Part shown: positions 24,931 to 38,760 of the stretch, in pieces
Layout: the number at the start of each line of letters is the position of its first letter
Position numbering within the stretch: the first letter of the stretch is position 1
Assembly: GCF_009914755.1 (NCBI RefSeq)
Contig: NC_060932.1
Length of the DNA stretch: 64,000 nt
Strand: one strand, 5' to 3'
Source of the DNA: the human T2T-CHM13v2.0 reference genome, Homo sapiens
Notes under the pieces: generated by a model
The model's database searches: none
What the model saw: only the letters and a program-made list of their open reading frames with translations
What the model was told of the DNA's origin: nothing
Translations under genes and position numbers: made by a program

Positions 24931-27140
24931 ATTTTCATAATGTTTCTTGTCTACTTCCTTAATGAAGTGCGTAATACTCTTCTTGGGCATTAACACAGGC
25001 TCCACCTGGCCTGTAAGTGAAACAGGGAGAGCCCTAGGCTTTTGCTTTGTTTTGCACAGAGCCTGCACAGAGCCCACCCAAGTAAACAAAATCTCCTCTT
25101 CTTTCTCTCCATTTTAATTTTTCTTTTATTCCATGCCCTATGAATAGATTAGTTTCTTTCTCTCTCTTTGCCGAAATACCTTCAGGCCTCCTCTCCTCCC
25201 TTCAGGCAAAAGTCCTTAAAACCTCCACTTTCCCCCAGTAATATTTTTCTCCAACTAACTGGAAGTGGAGAAAGATTTTCCTCTTTGTCTAGCACTGATT
25301 TTTGACTTGTAATTCCATTTCAACAAAACCACTTGCACTAAAGCTTACACACAATGTAAATAATTCATTAGAAATATATATTTGCTTGATGCTTATATAC
25401 TTGCAGTGCATCTGCAGAGTCTATTGTATCAGTCAAGGAAATAACAGGACTCCCAGTCACCAAGGTGAATGGAAAATTTTCCTCTTTAAATAGGTAAAAA
25501 TTTAAGTTGCATGCAAATTAATCTTGGAAATACAGAATGCTAACATAGCAGGGGACTTTAAAATGTGTATATTCTAACACTCTCTATAAATGTGGAAAAT
25601 AAGTCCCAGAGCATGGTAACATGGCCATAACAGGCCTTGTAGCATTCTGGAATTTAAAAGGCTAGGTGCATAGAAGGGAAAATAGATACGAATGGCAAAG
25701 GCAGGTACATAATGCCTAAAACCAGGATGTGGTGTAGCAGTTACCATCGTCATCATCATCATCATCACAATGACAATCAATGGTAATGGCTACAATTTGG
25801 GAATTATGATCTTGGCACTAAGCAGAGGTCTTTACATTTATCTAGAAAGATGACCATGGGTAACACTGCATAAGACTGACTGATTTAGACTTTGAGAATT
25901 TTGCCAGTTTTGGGTGGCTGTGAGATATCTTGTCTGACCATAGGGCTAGATCATACAGCTACAAGAGAAGGTGGGATTTCTTCAGAAGGGAATGGACATT
26001 GCCACTGTAGTTCATCCCAGGCATTTTTCAACCTGGAAAGGGAATAGCTACACTCCAGTTAGAGGTCCTAGGCCAAGGCAAAGGAGAATCTCCTGCCCCA
26101 CTCTGGCACCGAGAACCAGTTTGGTTTCTACTCCAAGGATGGGTGATATCTGAATTCCTCCCTGTGTGGTGGGAACCTACCATGGGCTCCATAAGAGCAG
26201 GCTAGGAATAAGGTTCATTGAAGGATGCCAAATAAAAAATCTTGTGGCATGTATAAGTTGTCCTCTGTGGTGTTTTTCAGTTCCATGCCCCAGGACTTCA
26301 AGACACCGATCTGCAATTGTGCCAGAGGATGTTAGAGAGGCAACTATGCCCTTGCTTGGGAGAAAACCACATGAGCAGACCATGTCTTTTCACCCAAGGC
26401 CAGAGGAGAGGAAGCAGAAGACACATTTCCCGGTGCCTGATTATTCCTTCCTCCAGGGCTTACGGTTGTCATTTTGGGCCATCTCACATAGAAGAGGTAC
26501 CCAAATGTTTGTCATCTCTCCCTGAAAGCGTGTCTAGTCCTCAAATAGAGGAAAGCCATCACTATCTCTCTGCCTTCTCCATCGAGACCAAAAAGGAAGA
26601 TACAAGCTGGGAACTAGATTTGAATATTTCTTGATACTGGAGAGGGGCAGGGTGATGTGATCTCTGGTGAGTTTCCTCCTCAAGCAGGGGTGCGGGTAGC
26701 CTGGGTTTCCTGGGCCCAGATTTCAAACCTGTGTCAGCTGTAGCTGCACACAGAGTGCCCAGAGCTGTTGGGTGCAGCTTAGGTATGGCAGTATCAGTCA
26801 TCTCCACACCTGCTGCAGAAAGTCTCAGGACAGCACTGTGAGTGGGGCTGGGGAATCCGGAGAAGAAAGTTCTATAAGCACAACACGGTTTACTTTACAG
26901 ACAGCTTGCTACCACATAACGATTTGGGTACAACCCATGAAAGGAGCCCCGCGGGAGTAGAAGAGGGTATCTCCATGTCTCTCTAGGAGACGAACAAGCA
27001 ATATCCACTGGAATCCAGAGGCTAAAAATTGTGATGTCCCAGGCCTAAGCTAGACAGAGCAGAGAATGGGCAGGACTTGCCCCTAAAGTATGGGCAGTTA
27101 AACAAGAGGAGGAAAGAAGAAAAAAAGAAAAGAAAGGAAA

Positions 27141-27345
27141 CACTAGGCCCAAATTGATTTACCGGTGAATTCTACCAAATATTTAAAGAAGAATTTAAAC
27201 CAACTCTACATTGCTTACCAACTCTTTCTATGAGGCCAGCATTATTCTGATAAAGCCAGACAAAGACATTTCAAAAAAAAAAAAAAAACTATAGGCCCAT
27301 ATTCCCCTTGAAAATAGATCCAAAAATTCTTAAAATATTTAGCAA
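27141..27345 (+). mobile_element. L1M ORF2 internal fragment (start of RT region)
   Basis: Reads FTGEFYQIFKEE...LPTLSYEASI-like...KPDKD...NYRPI...KIL, with frameshifts and an internal deletion. Confidence 0.85.
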
Positions 27346-27555
27346 CAAAATGTTATGGTCCAACAGGGCTTTGATCCGAAGAAGTCCAGGAGAAAGAGAC
27401 AATTCAGGAAAAGAGGCAGCAAAAGGAAATGTGGGAAACTTGGCCCAAAGAAGGTTTGAAGCAGACGATGGATGGCATTGCCTGGAAAAATTGCCTGAGT
27501 GTCTGATCCTAGGGGCCAGTGTTTCCCTAAAGGATTCCTACAGTTGAGTTCATTA

Positions 27556-27991
27556 AGATTCTTAGGTTGGGATACCTAGAAGAAAAAACTGAGACAAGGA
27601 TTCCAGTGTGCATGATTTACAGAGGGATTGCTGTCCAGAAAAAACAGCTAAGGGAGTGAGGAAAGAATAAGGAAGAGGGAGAAACATGGCAAGGATGTGG
27701 ACCCAGATAAAGTCAGCCCTTGACCTGACCCACAGGGTGCTCTGGAGTATAAATTGCATGACACAATTATCACACCTGGAGCATCACCTGCACCCTGCGT
27801 CAGTCAGTTATTGTATGCCTCTGGGGAGTAGGAGATGTCAGCTCCCAGTATCGCTGAGTGAGGCCGATCCCGTCAGCCTAGGGTAATGCTCTGCAGAAGT
27901 CTGCAGGTGGATGCTGTTGGCTGTGGCACTCACTGCACCATCATAGCAGTTGTAAAGGGGCTTGGAGTGTGGCACCAATAACATCTACTGC
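27556..27991 (-). mobile_element. ERVL LTR16-family solo LTR
   Basis: Begins CTTAGGTTGGG...CTGAGACAAGGATT and ends GGCACCAATAACATCTACTGC. Confidence 0.6.
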
Positions 27992-28530
27992 GGAGGACTT
28001 CATACAGCCACTCTCCTCCCCCTGGACAGTTGGAGCCTGAAATAGGCAATGATAGCGGAGGTAGTTAGATGAGGTACTCATGAACTATTTAGATGGTAGA
28101 ATTGGGAGGACACGCAGCTAATTCCATATGGGAGGCAGTGAGGAGGGACAGTGTTTAGCTGATGGACATAAGAAGTATAAGATTATACTCATGCCCTGGG
28201 GAACTGGAGGAATGGTGGGGCCATTGTCAAAGGTAAGGAACATGAGGAAAGGAGCAGGACTTGGAAAGGAACATAAATTCAGTCTCCAGCATTTTCATTT
28301 TGAAAAGGGAATCAATGGCTTATGAATAGCATACCTGGAGCTCCATAGGGGTTTCAGGGACCAATTATATTAGGAAGATGAGGCCAGAGAGAGGGGAAAA
28401 AAGAAAACCAAATAGTCTAGTGCTGGCCCTCATCCCATCCTACACTGGAGCACTTCTGCTATCTTGGTTTGATTCCCACAAATGCAGACTTTGAGGCAAG
28501 GATTAAGACACATTGAAAGACGATCTCACG

Positions 28531-28829
<299 letters not shown>

Positions 28830-30370
28830 TCAGGAAGCATAGGTGAGGATAGTGAAAATGAAAGAAACAGCCACCAAGGGAATACTCATGAATAGATTAT
28901 CTCTGAAGACCACAGGGGCATGATCTGTTGGAAACCCTCTGACCATCCATGTATCCCACATGTTTCCCACTGAGGGATAAGAAGCTATTTTGCTACCGTG
29001 AATGGAACCTCTTTGGTTGAGGGTGTAAGAAACCCCTCAATGCCATGCTAGCTTGAAGACCAGCTGAGAGCCTGTGTAGAGGCTGCAGAAGAAAACTAGT
29101 GTGTAGAGAAGCACTCACACCTCAGCGGGCCACATAACCTGGGGCAAGGGATCCATGGCTTCTGCTGCACCTGCTCCACTCTGTTTTTCCATATAGCAAT
29201 TTCTGAATTTCCATATAAGATATGTTTTTTGCTTTGTTTTTCTTTTTTAAGAGAAAAATCTCCTGTCTAGAAAAACAGGTTGGTCAGTGTCCTAAAATCA
29301 AAAGTCCGCAGCAGAAGGCACTTTGAACAAGCAGTTATTGCCTCCTCTGGTCTCACCTCCAATTCTCCATGTAAAATTAATAGTGTACTCTGGGGACATC
29401 CCTTCCATTATCTAGTCTTGGTGAAAAGGGACAATGGTAGAAGCAGGGTAATCTCTGCCATATCGATTTTCTGTGTGAGCTTCTTTGTGCCTCCAGGGAG
29501 ACACCACTGCTTTCAGTGCCTATTAGCAGTTGTGTCTTTTAACCTCCCGGTCAGGCTGGCAGTGTGAGTCCAACAAAGGCTCCGGCTCCAATTACTTCGC
29601 CAGTACATAGCCTGGCTGAACTGGAGCTTGCGGCTCCACATGCTGGAAATTGCACTTTCCACCAATACAGAGACAAGCAAAGAGGGGCATTCAACAAATC
29701 CCCAGCTACAGCTCAGCATGGCAGGGAGGCAGAAAGGACCTATATACCAATTAGCCAGGCAGCTATGGCCATCAATCATGGGTGACCTGGGCACCCAGCA
29801 TGTATGTCCATCCTGGACCCCACCACCGAAATCACACTGAAAACTTGTATCCAGAGGAGGCTTGAGACAGCCAAAGCTACAGGTGGCAAAAGCTTTCATT
29901 CCAGAAAGCACTTCAATCCCACAACCTGGAGAGGAAGGCCCATACGACCAGCATAAAATTAAAAGTGTGCAGTACTTACAGGACATAATTCTATGCTTAC
30001 ATGCATTTCTCAGAAAATTTTGGCAAAGACTGCTACCTTCTGAGCAAAACTGGACATAGAAATGACAATAACACATATTGGGTATTTATCACCTTCTTAA
30101 GAGATGCATAGCCATTTTCCTGTGGCTGAGACAGAGGTCTCTTTTAATACTTAACATTTCCTTTAGGTTGGCCTAATGCCCAAAGGGAAGCTGTAATAAT
30201 CTCCCACATGTGAGTTTGGTAAAAAATTTCACAATGACAATTTAATTCACTACTTACTGCAGTCCTTATTATGGTCTTTGTACAACAGGTAATATCCCTG
30301 TTAATTTGAGAATCACTGTTAACCTGAACCTTTCCCATTGTTTTCAAAGCTTTCTCTTAAGTGTCAGAAA

Positions 30371-30400
30371 CACACCCAAATACACCCAAACACACCCAAA
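30371..30400. repeat. 10-bp tandem repeat (C/T)ACACCCAAA x3
   Basis: Read directly from the sequence. Confidence 0.9.
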
Positions 30401-30437
30401 CTTGTATTTTAGCCCTTCTATTGTGAATATTCATTAA

Positions 30438-30640
30438 GGGTGGTGTGACATAGTGCTTCAGAGCACAGCTCTGGAGCCAGCCTGCCTGAGTTTGATTCCT
30501 GCTCTGTCACTTATTGACCTGCAACATCAAGCAGTTTACTTAACCTCTCTGAGGCTCAGTTTTACCATCTGTTAGATGAAGACAATAGTGTCTACTGAAT
30601 AGGGTTGTCCCAAGAGCACTTAGAACCATGCTTAGCACAA
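30438..30640 (+). mobile_element. MIR SINE
   Basis: GCTCTGGAGCCAGCCTGCCTGAGTTTGATTCCTGCTCTGTCACTTA...TTAACCTCTCTGAGGCTCAGTTTT. Confidence 0.8.
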
Positions 30641-30715
30641 ATGCTGAGGCTACATAATGCTCAGCTCTTCACTTCCTGCTTCTCTGGTCATGGGTGTTAT
30701 TATAAAAGTGCCCTT

Positions 30716-30945
30716 CCAGGAGTTTGAGACCAGCCTGGACAACGTAGCAAGACCCCATCTCTAAAAAAAAAAAAAAAATGTATTAGCCCAGTGTGGTGGT
30801 GTGTGCTTGCAGTCCTGGCTGCTTAGGAGGCTGAGGCAGGGAGATTGTTTGAGCCCAGGAATGTGAAGCTGCAATGAGCTAAGATCATTCCAATGCACTC
30901 CACCCTGGACAACAGAGCAAGACCCTGTCTCTTAAATTTTGTTTT
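30716..30945 (+). mobile_element. 5'-truncated AluJ
   Basis: Starts at CCAGGAGTTTGAG; TSD AAAGTGCCCT at 30705-30714 and 30946-30955. Confidence 0.92.
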
Positions 30946-31078
30946 AAAGTGCCCTCGAATTTTGTTAAGACCTCAGAAGCTGCTCCATGAGTGGGTGGTG
31001 CAATGTTATTGGAGCATGGGGGTCAGTGAGGAGAGCTAAGATTTCTGGGAGGCCAACAGAAGGGTTAGAATGTGCTTC

Positions 31079-31315
31079 AAAATTTAGTTGGGCATGGTGG
31101 TGTGCACCTGTAGCTTCAGCTACTTAGGAGGCTGCAGTGGGAGGATCACTTTAATCGGGTATGGTGGTGCACTCCTGTAGTTTCAGCTACTTGGGACGCT
31201 GAGGTAGGATCAAGGGAGGATCACTTGAGCCTGGGAGCTTGAAGCTACAGTGAGCTATGAACATGCCACTGCACTCCAGTCTGGGTGAAACACTGAGACC
31301 CCGACTCTAAAAAAT
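31079..31315 (+). mobile_element. AluJ right arm with internal tandem duplication
   Basis: First roughly 67 nt of the right arm present twice (31084-31150 and 31151-31225). Confidence 0.88.
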
Positions 31316-32903
31316 ATAAGTTCATAACAGTACATAATAGAGGAGGCTCAAAACACATGCCAGTGATGAAAATGAACCCTCGCTTCTGAAGAGAGCACTG
31401 CAGTGTCAACAGGTGGCTGCAAAGGTGGTGAGCATGACCCTGGACCAGGGAGGTTAGGCAGGGTCCCAGCCCAGCTAAGACTTCTTTTTGGAAACCAACA
31501 TGGGGTCTGACAAGCTGTCTCAGTAATGAGGCTCTGCACTTTTTTCATTCTCCCCTTGCCAGATGGAGGCACCCCCGTTTAGCCATGCTGCTCCCAGGCC
31601 CTGCTCTCTGAGAAGGACTTGGTCAAACACTGCATCTCTGGATCCTGAGAAGTCAGACCAGTTATTTCAGTGCCTGGACCCTTCCTCTTTTCTGACCCAG
31701 TATTTCCAAAAGCAAGTCCATTGTTCAGCCTTGAAAACAGCTGATTGTGAGAGGGAGCTTATCACAGCCCAGCAGACTAAGAAAACATTTTAGAGAAAGA
31801 ACATTTGGAAGGTTCATTAAAATGCTGAAAAAAAGAGCCCCCATTTTGGGGTACCTTCAGGGCTTTCTAACCTTTTTGGCAAGTGAGTTGTTTTTTTGTA
31901 AATAATACCTTACATAGGGCCCAAGGTATAAAATCAAGTGCAGGGCTGCTCTGTTGAAGGGGGGTCTATAGATGCTTCCACCTCCAAGGAGCAGGCTTTG
32001 GAGGAAACAGTTCTAGTGCATGTAGGGACAAACAGAGGAAGCAGAGACTACCTTCCCAGGGGCCCTCTCTTGGATGCGTGCCCTGCATTTCTGCAGCCTC
32101 TCTTTCCCTTTTCTGATGCTTTCCTCTCATTCCATCTGAAAAGTCACTACAAGTGCTAGAAGCTAGGCCAGAGGATAAAGACCTTGAAGAAAACTGAGCC
32201 TGACACCTAATATGGGATTGAGGAATAGAATGGAAAGGGGGAAAATACAGTGGGGAGGTGAAAATAACATCCTTAGCTGAGAAATGACAGGATGAACATG
32301 TCAAGGCAGTCTCAACATTTTAAACGTTTTCCAAGAAGAGAGTAAGCAGTGGCTCTTGCTAAAGGAAGTAAACGCTGTCACGGCCAAGCTCTCTGCACAG
32401 GTGGTACACCTAGGAAGGCTGGTGCTTGAAATGCTCCTCCCTGAATGTACCAGATAGCCCCTGGTTACGGAAGATTGTGCCTCCATGCACCCTTCTCAAA
32501 CTGGCTACCCCATCCTAATAGGCTACAAGATTCCTGGCAGGGACTGCAGATTCTACACTGGTTTGGAGTCCTGCTACTTTAGCCGGCCAGGTAAGGAGAT
32601 GTTTCACTCTCCTGCCCTTATCATGAAGAAGCATGAGACCAAGGAAAATCTGCATATATGAAAACTGAGGAATCCAGAAAAGATACCACAGGATTCTTTC
32701 TGCATGGGGTAAAAAACCTCTCTGTCATTTACAGAAAGTCTCCCCTAAGAGAAGAGATAAAGGTCATTATCAGGACTGGATTTGAAAAACTCTGATGTCA
32801 GGTTATACTCAAACTACTTAAAGCAGAATCTCTGGGGGCAGTATCTAGGTACCAGTGCCAGTGCACTATCAAGCTGCAGAGTCACTGCTTTAGAAGTTGT
32901 TAC

Positions 32904-32956
32904 GGAGGGAGGGAGGGAAGGGAGGGAGGGAGAGAGAGAGAAAGAAAGAGAGAGAG
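32904..32956. repeat. Polypurine tract (GGGA)n-(GA)n
   Basis: 53 consecutive purines including six GGG runs. Confidence 0.95.
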
Positions 32957-33365
32957 TCCAAAACTTGGAAAGAAGAAAGAGGACTGCATGTCTTCTTTAG
33001 TGTCATACTGTCACATCGTTTTCCAGGCCCACCCAAAGATTACTGAACTACCTAGAGGAATATACCTCTGTTTGACCTTTTCCTTTCTATTGATTAGAAC
33101 TCAGATACTGTTCAAAGTTAACCTGTACATTTGTAGCCAGTACACATGCAAATGATTTCTGTCCAGTAATAAAGAAAGCCCCTAAGGTTGCAGTTATATC
33201 ACCCTATAGGATATTATGCAGCTTTGTATCTTATCTAGAAGTCTATCTCTAATTTGGCAATGTTCATCTAACATTCTTCTTTTATTGTCTGTCAATACGT
33301 AGTTCCTTTATTTTTCTTTGAATTAGCTTTACCATATTTTGGTTCACTCATTGATAAACTGAATA

Positions 33366-33401
33366 CATTTTGACATGAATTCATTTTGACATGAATTCAT
33401 T
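33366..33401. repeat. 16-bp tandem duplication CATTTTGACATGAATT x2.25
   Basis: Read directly from the sequence. Confidence 0.9.
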
Positions 33402-34019
33402 ATATTTTGCATAAAAGTTTTTTTTAACTTTTTGAAAATTTTACTTTGAAAGTAGGCAACCACTTTTATATTCTCCATCAATGAGCTTAACTTGCTCCAA
33501 TGCCAGCACTCTGTAAAAAACTTATCCAACCAGCTCCACTGATGCTGGAAATTCACATATTGGTAACTCATTGCTGAGTTAACTCTGCCATGTCGTCATA
33601 CCTTAGATGAGTGGTGAACCAGATCATCCAGCCAGTCACTCATCTCTGACTCTGTGGGAATAGAACCATGAAGGAGTACATTTTGAAGAAATAGCATGAG
33701 TTGAGTAAAGCACTAGCATGTATGTAGGATGGTGAGGAGAATAATCTAGGAAGGGTGAGAGCAAATATGACAGCCTCTGAGGATGGAGGGGGAGAAGCAG
33801 AATGCCCAACTCAAAATGAGGTGATAGACACAAAGAAAATTAACTGCCTTCTTCAAAATTTTGAACTGGGGTAAGCCTGCTCCTGTTACATAAAGATGAA
33901 TGAATGAGGGAGTAAGAGAGGTTTAATCAGTTACAGGCTGGATCAAATAGGCTCTATTGGTCTCATCTTTCAAGCATGCCTTACCTATTGGAGCAGCATT
34001 ACAGGTAGCTTCAGGAGTG

Positions 34020-34965
34020 ACTGCCACCCAGTGTGTGTGCCACCACGTTCAGGGTCCAAAGCTGGACCTAATGATCATTGACCATGTCTTTTCCATTGAC
34101 TATGACCTTGACAAAGTCATATGCAGGCTGGTTCAAAGGAATCACTGCATCTATTTGAAAATTCACTGGCTTCCCTGATCATCGTCCTACTTAATGACCA
34201 TATGTTATAATTTACTGTGGAAAGTCACCCTACTTCCTTCTTTGCTATAGTCGGGAAACCATATTTCCTGTTACATTAGCTTCTAAGAGACTCGAGTGAG
34301 CAAGCAAATTACAGATCTGAAGACAGGGATGCATCCCATTCCCATCCCTGACATGGGTCACACACCAGGCTAAAGTCAGCATTTTTCAGATAGTTCATCA
34401 GCAATACTAGGAGACCTTTCCAGCAAGGTTACTATATCACTAAAGCAATCATGTGTGTGAGTGCCCCCAGCCAGATTGAGCTAATTCAATGTGAAGTAAT
34501 CAGAGATAAGAAAAAGCCACTGGAGTTATAAAAGTATACACATCAGGTACTTTACCCAAGAGGAAGGGGAAGTTTACTGGGAGGTGAAGGGAGTGCTTCA
34601 AAATGATAAGAAAAGTGAACTAGAGAATAAAATGAAGATTTTATTAGAAGTTAAGACAGATAATAGAACAACTTTTTTTCTACTATAAAAGGAATAAGAG
34701 GCCAACTAAGGACTCATCAGGGTTTTGCCAAGATAGGAAGAGTGGTCGTTTGCCAGAGGAGTTGGACATTACAGAAAAAATGGAGGAATGTGTTTTTTCA
34801 GTGCTCACCAGGGAGGAAAATGCACTGTGTGCCAATGCAGAAGTACCTTCCTTAAAGAAGAAAATGCAATCATGAAAACCACTGGGGCAAAAACATCTCC
34901 AGGAGGAAGAAGCCTTGGAAGTCCATTTGGAAATACTCAAGCCAGGAATTTCCAGTGCTCCTGAA
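34020..34965 (+). mobile_element. Ancient CR1/L3-type LINE ORF2 relic (endonuclease end to pre-RT region)
   Basis: Frame from 34681 reads YYKRNKRPTKDSSG...EELDITEKMEECVFSVLTREE...EEEALEVHLEILKPGISSAPE. This parallels CR1 FFKYIRSKK...IAEKLNEFFASVFT...EEV...L...KSPGPD. Confidence 0.6.
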
Positions 34966-35544
34966 AAGAAGAGAAGCAACTTCGAGCACATGAGGCAAGG
35001 AGAACGACTTCCATCTCTTTAGAGTCCCAATTCTTAGAGGTCAGGGAATAGGCACTGTCCCTGAGAACAAACCTTCTCATAATAATGGTAGGGCCTCACT
35101 GGCAGAGCTGAATGTCAATGCTGGGTGTAAGTTTTCTCTCACTGCCAAGTTTCATCATTTCTCTCCCTATTACTTGCTCCTTATGGGAGTAGAGTTGGGT
35201 TGAACATTTGGTCTTAGACCAAGGGGAACTAGTCAGAAAGCTGGGAATAAAAGCTTTTGCCAAAAGCCCGTGTTCTCAACTTCCACACCCAGCTTGGCAC
35301 CAAGCAGAAATTTCCTGTTTAGTCCGGCCCTATTAGGCCCCAGTACTCTATTTCAGTGATTGGTGCTGAGAAAACTCATTAGCCATTGGGAAAATATCAT
35401 ATTATATCTCTACCTCACACCATATAGAAAAATATTACAAGTAGATTTTTAACCATAAAAATATTGGAAGAAAATATGATCAAACATTGGAGACAATTCT
35501 TCTACCTATGGACTAAGTCTCAGCAAAAATGATGCAAAAAGTGA

Positions 35545-36180
<636 letters not shown>

Positions 36181-36651
36181 CCTGACTTAACTAAATAAAA
36201 ATGTAAATAATTATTATGCAGAAATATAAATACATTTAAAAAGTTATGTCTCTATGTATGCATACATATGTGTATAAATCTATTTCGATGTCGTGGGCTG
36301 AATTATGTTCCCCAAAATTCATATGTTGAAGTCCTAGTCCCAGTACCTGGTTATGTGACTATATTTGGAGATAAGGCCTTTAAAAAGGTAATTAAATTCA
36401 AATAATGTCCTTTGTGTAGACCCTAATCCTATTTGAGTGGTTGCTATCCTTATAAGAAGGGGAAATTAGACACAGAGAGAGATATTAAGGCACCAGTTCA
36501 CAGAGGGAAAAGCAATGGTCACAGTGAGAAGGGGACAATTTATATGCCAACAAGAGAGACTCCAGGAGAAACCAAACTTGCTGACGCACTGATCTTGGAC
36601 TTCTAGCCTCCAGAACCGTAAGAAGATAAACTTCTGAGTTTAAAACACTCA

Positions 36652-37286
<635 letters not shown>

Positions 37287-37372
37287 TATGGAACTTTCTT
37301 ATGGCAGCCTGAGCAAACTAATACAATTCATATAGAGATATATAGTATCATTATCTCTCTCTCTGCCTCTTT

Positions 37373-37425
37373 CACACACACACACACACACACACATACA
37401 ACATACACACACACACACAGACACA
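37373..37425. repeat. (CA)n microsatellite, interrupted
   Basis: Read directly from the sequence. Confidence 0.95.
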
Positions 37426-38554
37426 TGTGACATTTCAAAACATCAAAATATACAAAGAGCACCCATAAATCTCAAAAAATAAAATAGAAAAAATGAACAA
37501 GTGACTCAACTAGACGATTCAAAGAAGAATAAATCAAATGCCAATAAATACCTGAGAAGATGTTCAGTTTCATCGTGTTCTCCTTTTAGGTGGCACCTGC
37601 TCTACCGGCCAAGCCCTATCTCCCTATCACTCCTTTGCATGTTATTGTCCAGTCCAGCTCTCCTGCATTAGCAAGCCCACAGCAAGTGCCTGGACAGTTC
37701 TGTGCACATGGTAGGCACTAAATAACTATTGATGACAATGTAATAGTGCTCCGAGGTACACAGAAAACCATTTTTAAGGTAATTCAAGAAGCTATCATAA
37801 TGGTTTTGAAAAATCATAAAAGAGGAAGAACAACTAGCTCCAGTAAGAGAGAAAACTGTTCATCACAAGTAATGAAAGAAATGCAAATCAAAAGGCAATG
37901 GGGTTACTTTTTGCAAGTTTGCATAATATATATAACCAAAAGCTAGAAAGCTTTGCTACTTCGGGTGCAATAAAACATATTTTTGGTTTGCTGATGGCAT
38001 TGTCAGTTGGCAAATACAATTTGGCAATGCACTCCTGGCCATGAACTTTAAGGAAAAAGTCAAAATATGAAAAACACCATGTGAAAGACAATGTCTACAA
38101 TCATGCTGCTTATGATAACAAAAAATTAGAAATACCCCCAAATGTCCAATAATAAAGGAATCATCACAGAAATTTCAGGACATTCACTCAAGGGAGTAAT
38201 AAGCAGACACCAAAAATGGCAACTACAAAGACCAAATACCAATATAAAAATTAACATAAACGCACAACTTAGGATATAAATTTACATATGGACGATCATT
38301 ATAGCTATGCAAACACATGCAAGTAAAGAAAGACAAGGATGAATACAGGAAAACTTGTGTTGTTAGGACTTTTTTTCTTTTTCTCTCTATTTCAAACTTT
38401 CTCAATCTTTGCACTGTGCATTTCTTGAAAAGCTAAAGTCTTATTCAGGAAAACAAGACATTCATATGTACCTGGATAAATGAAGTAAAAACAATGCTGG
38501 CCATTTTTAAAAAGTAAATTGTAATGTCAGAATCCCAAAATAAAGACTTAGATA

Positions 38555-38760
38555 TTAATAATAGCCACTGACACTTCCTGAAATCTTACTAAGTGCTAAT
38601 AATGTGCTCGATGCATTTTATGAACTGTCTCACTTAGTCTTCCAATAAGCCAATGAGGGAGATATGATTATCTTTCCTGACTTAACTTTTGAGAAGATGA
38701 GTCCTAGAGAAGAGAAGTAACCCATCCAAGAGCACATAAGCTCTGCAGTTAGTAAACAGC
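38555..38760 (-). mobile_element. MIR SINE
   Basis: AATAATAGCCAC...CTTACTAAGTGC...TCTCACTTAGTCTTCC...AAGTAACCCATCCAAG. Confidence 0.6.

Noticed and set aside
29221-29250. T-rich tract as the poly(A) of a minus-strand processed pseudogene
   Set aside because: No poly(A) signal, TSD or recognisable parent protein in any minus frame.
34683-34991. 102-aa minus-strand ORF as a gene
   Set aside because: Better explained as the antisense shadow of the CR1-like + frame.
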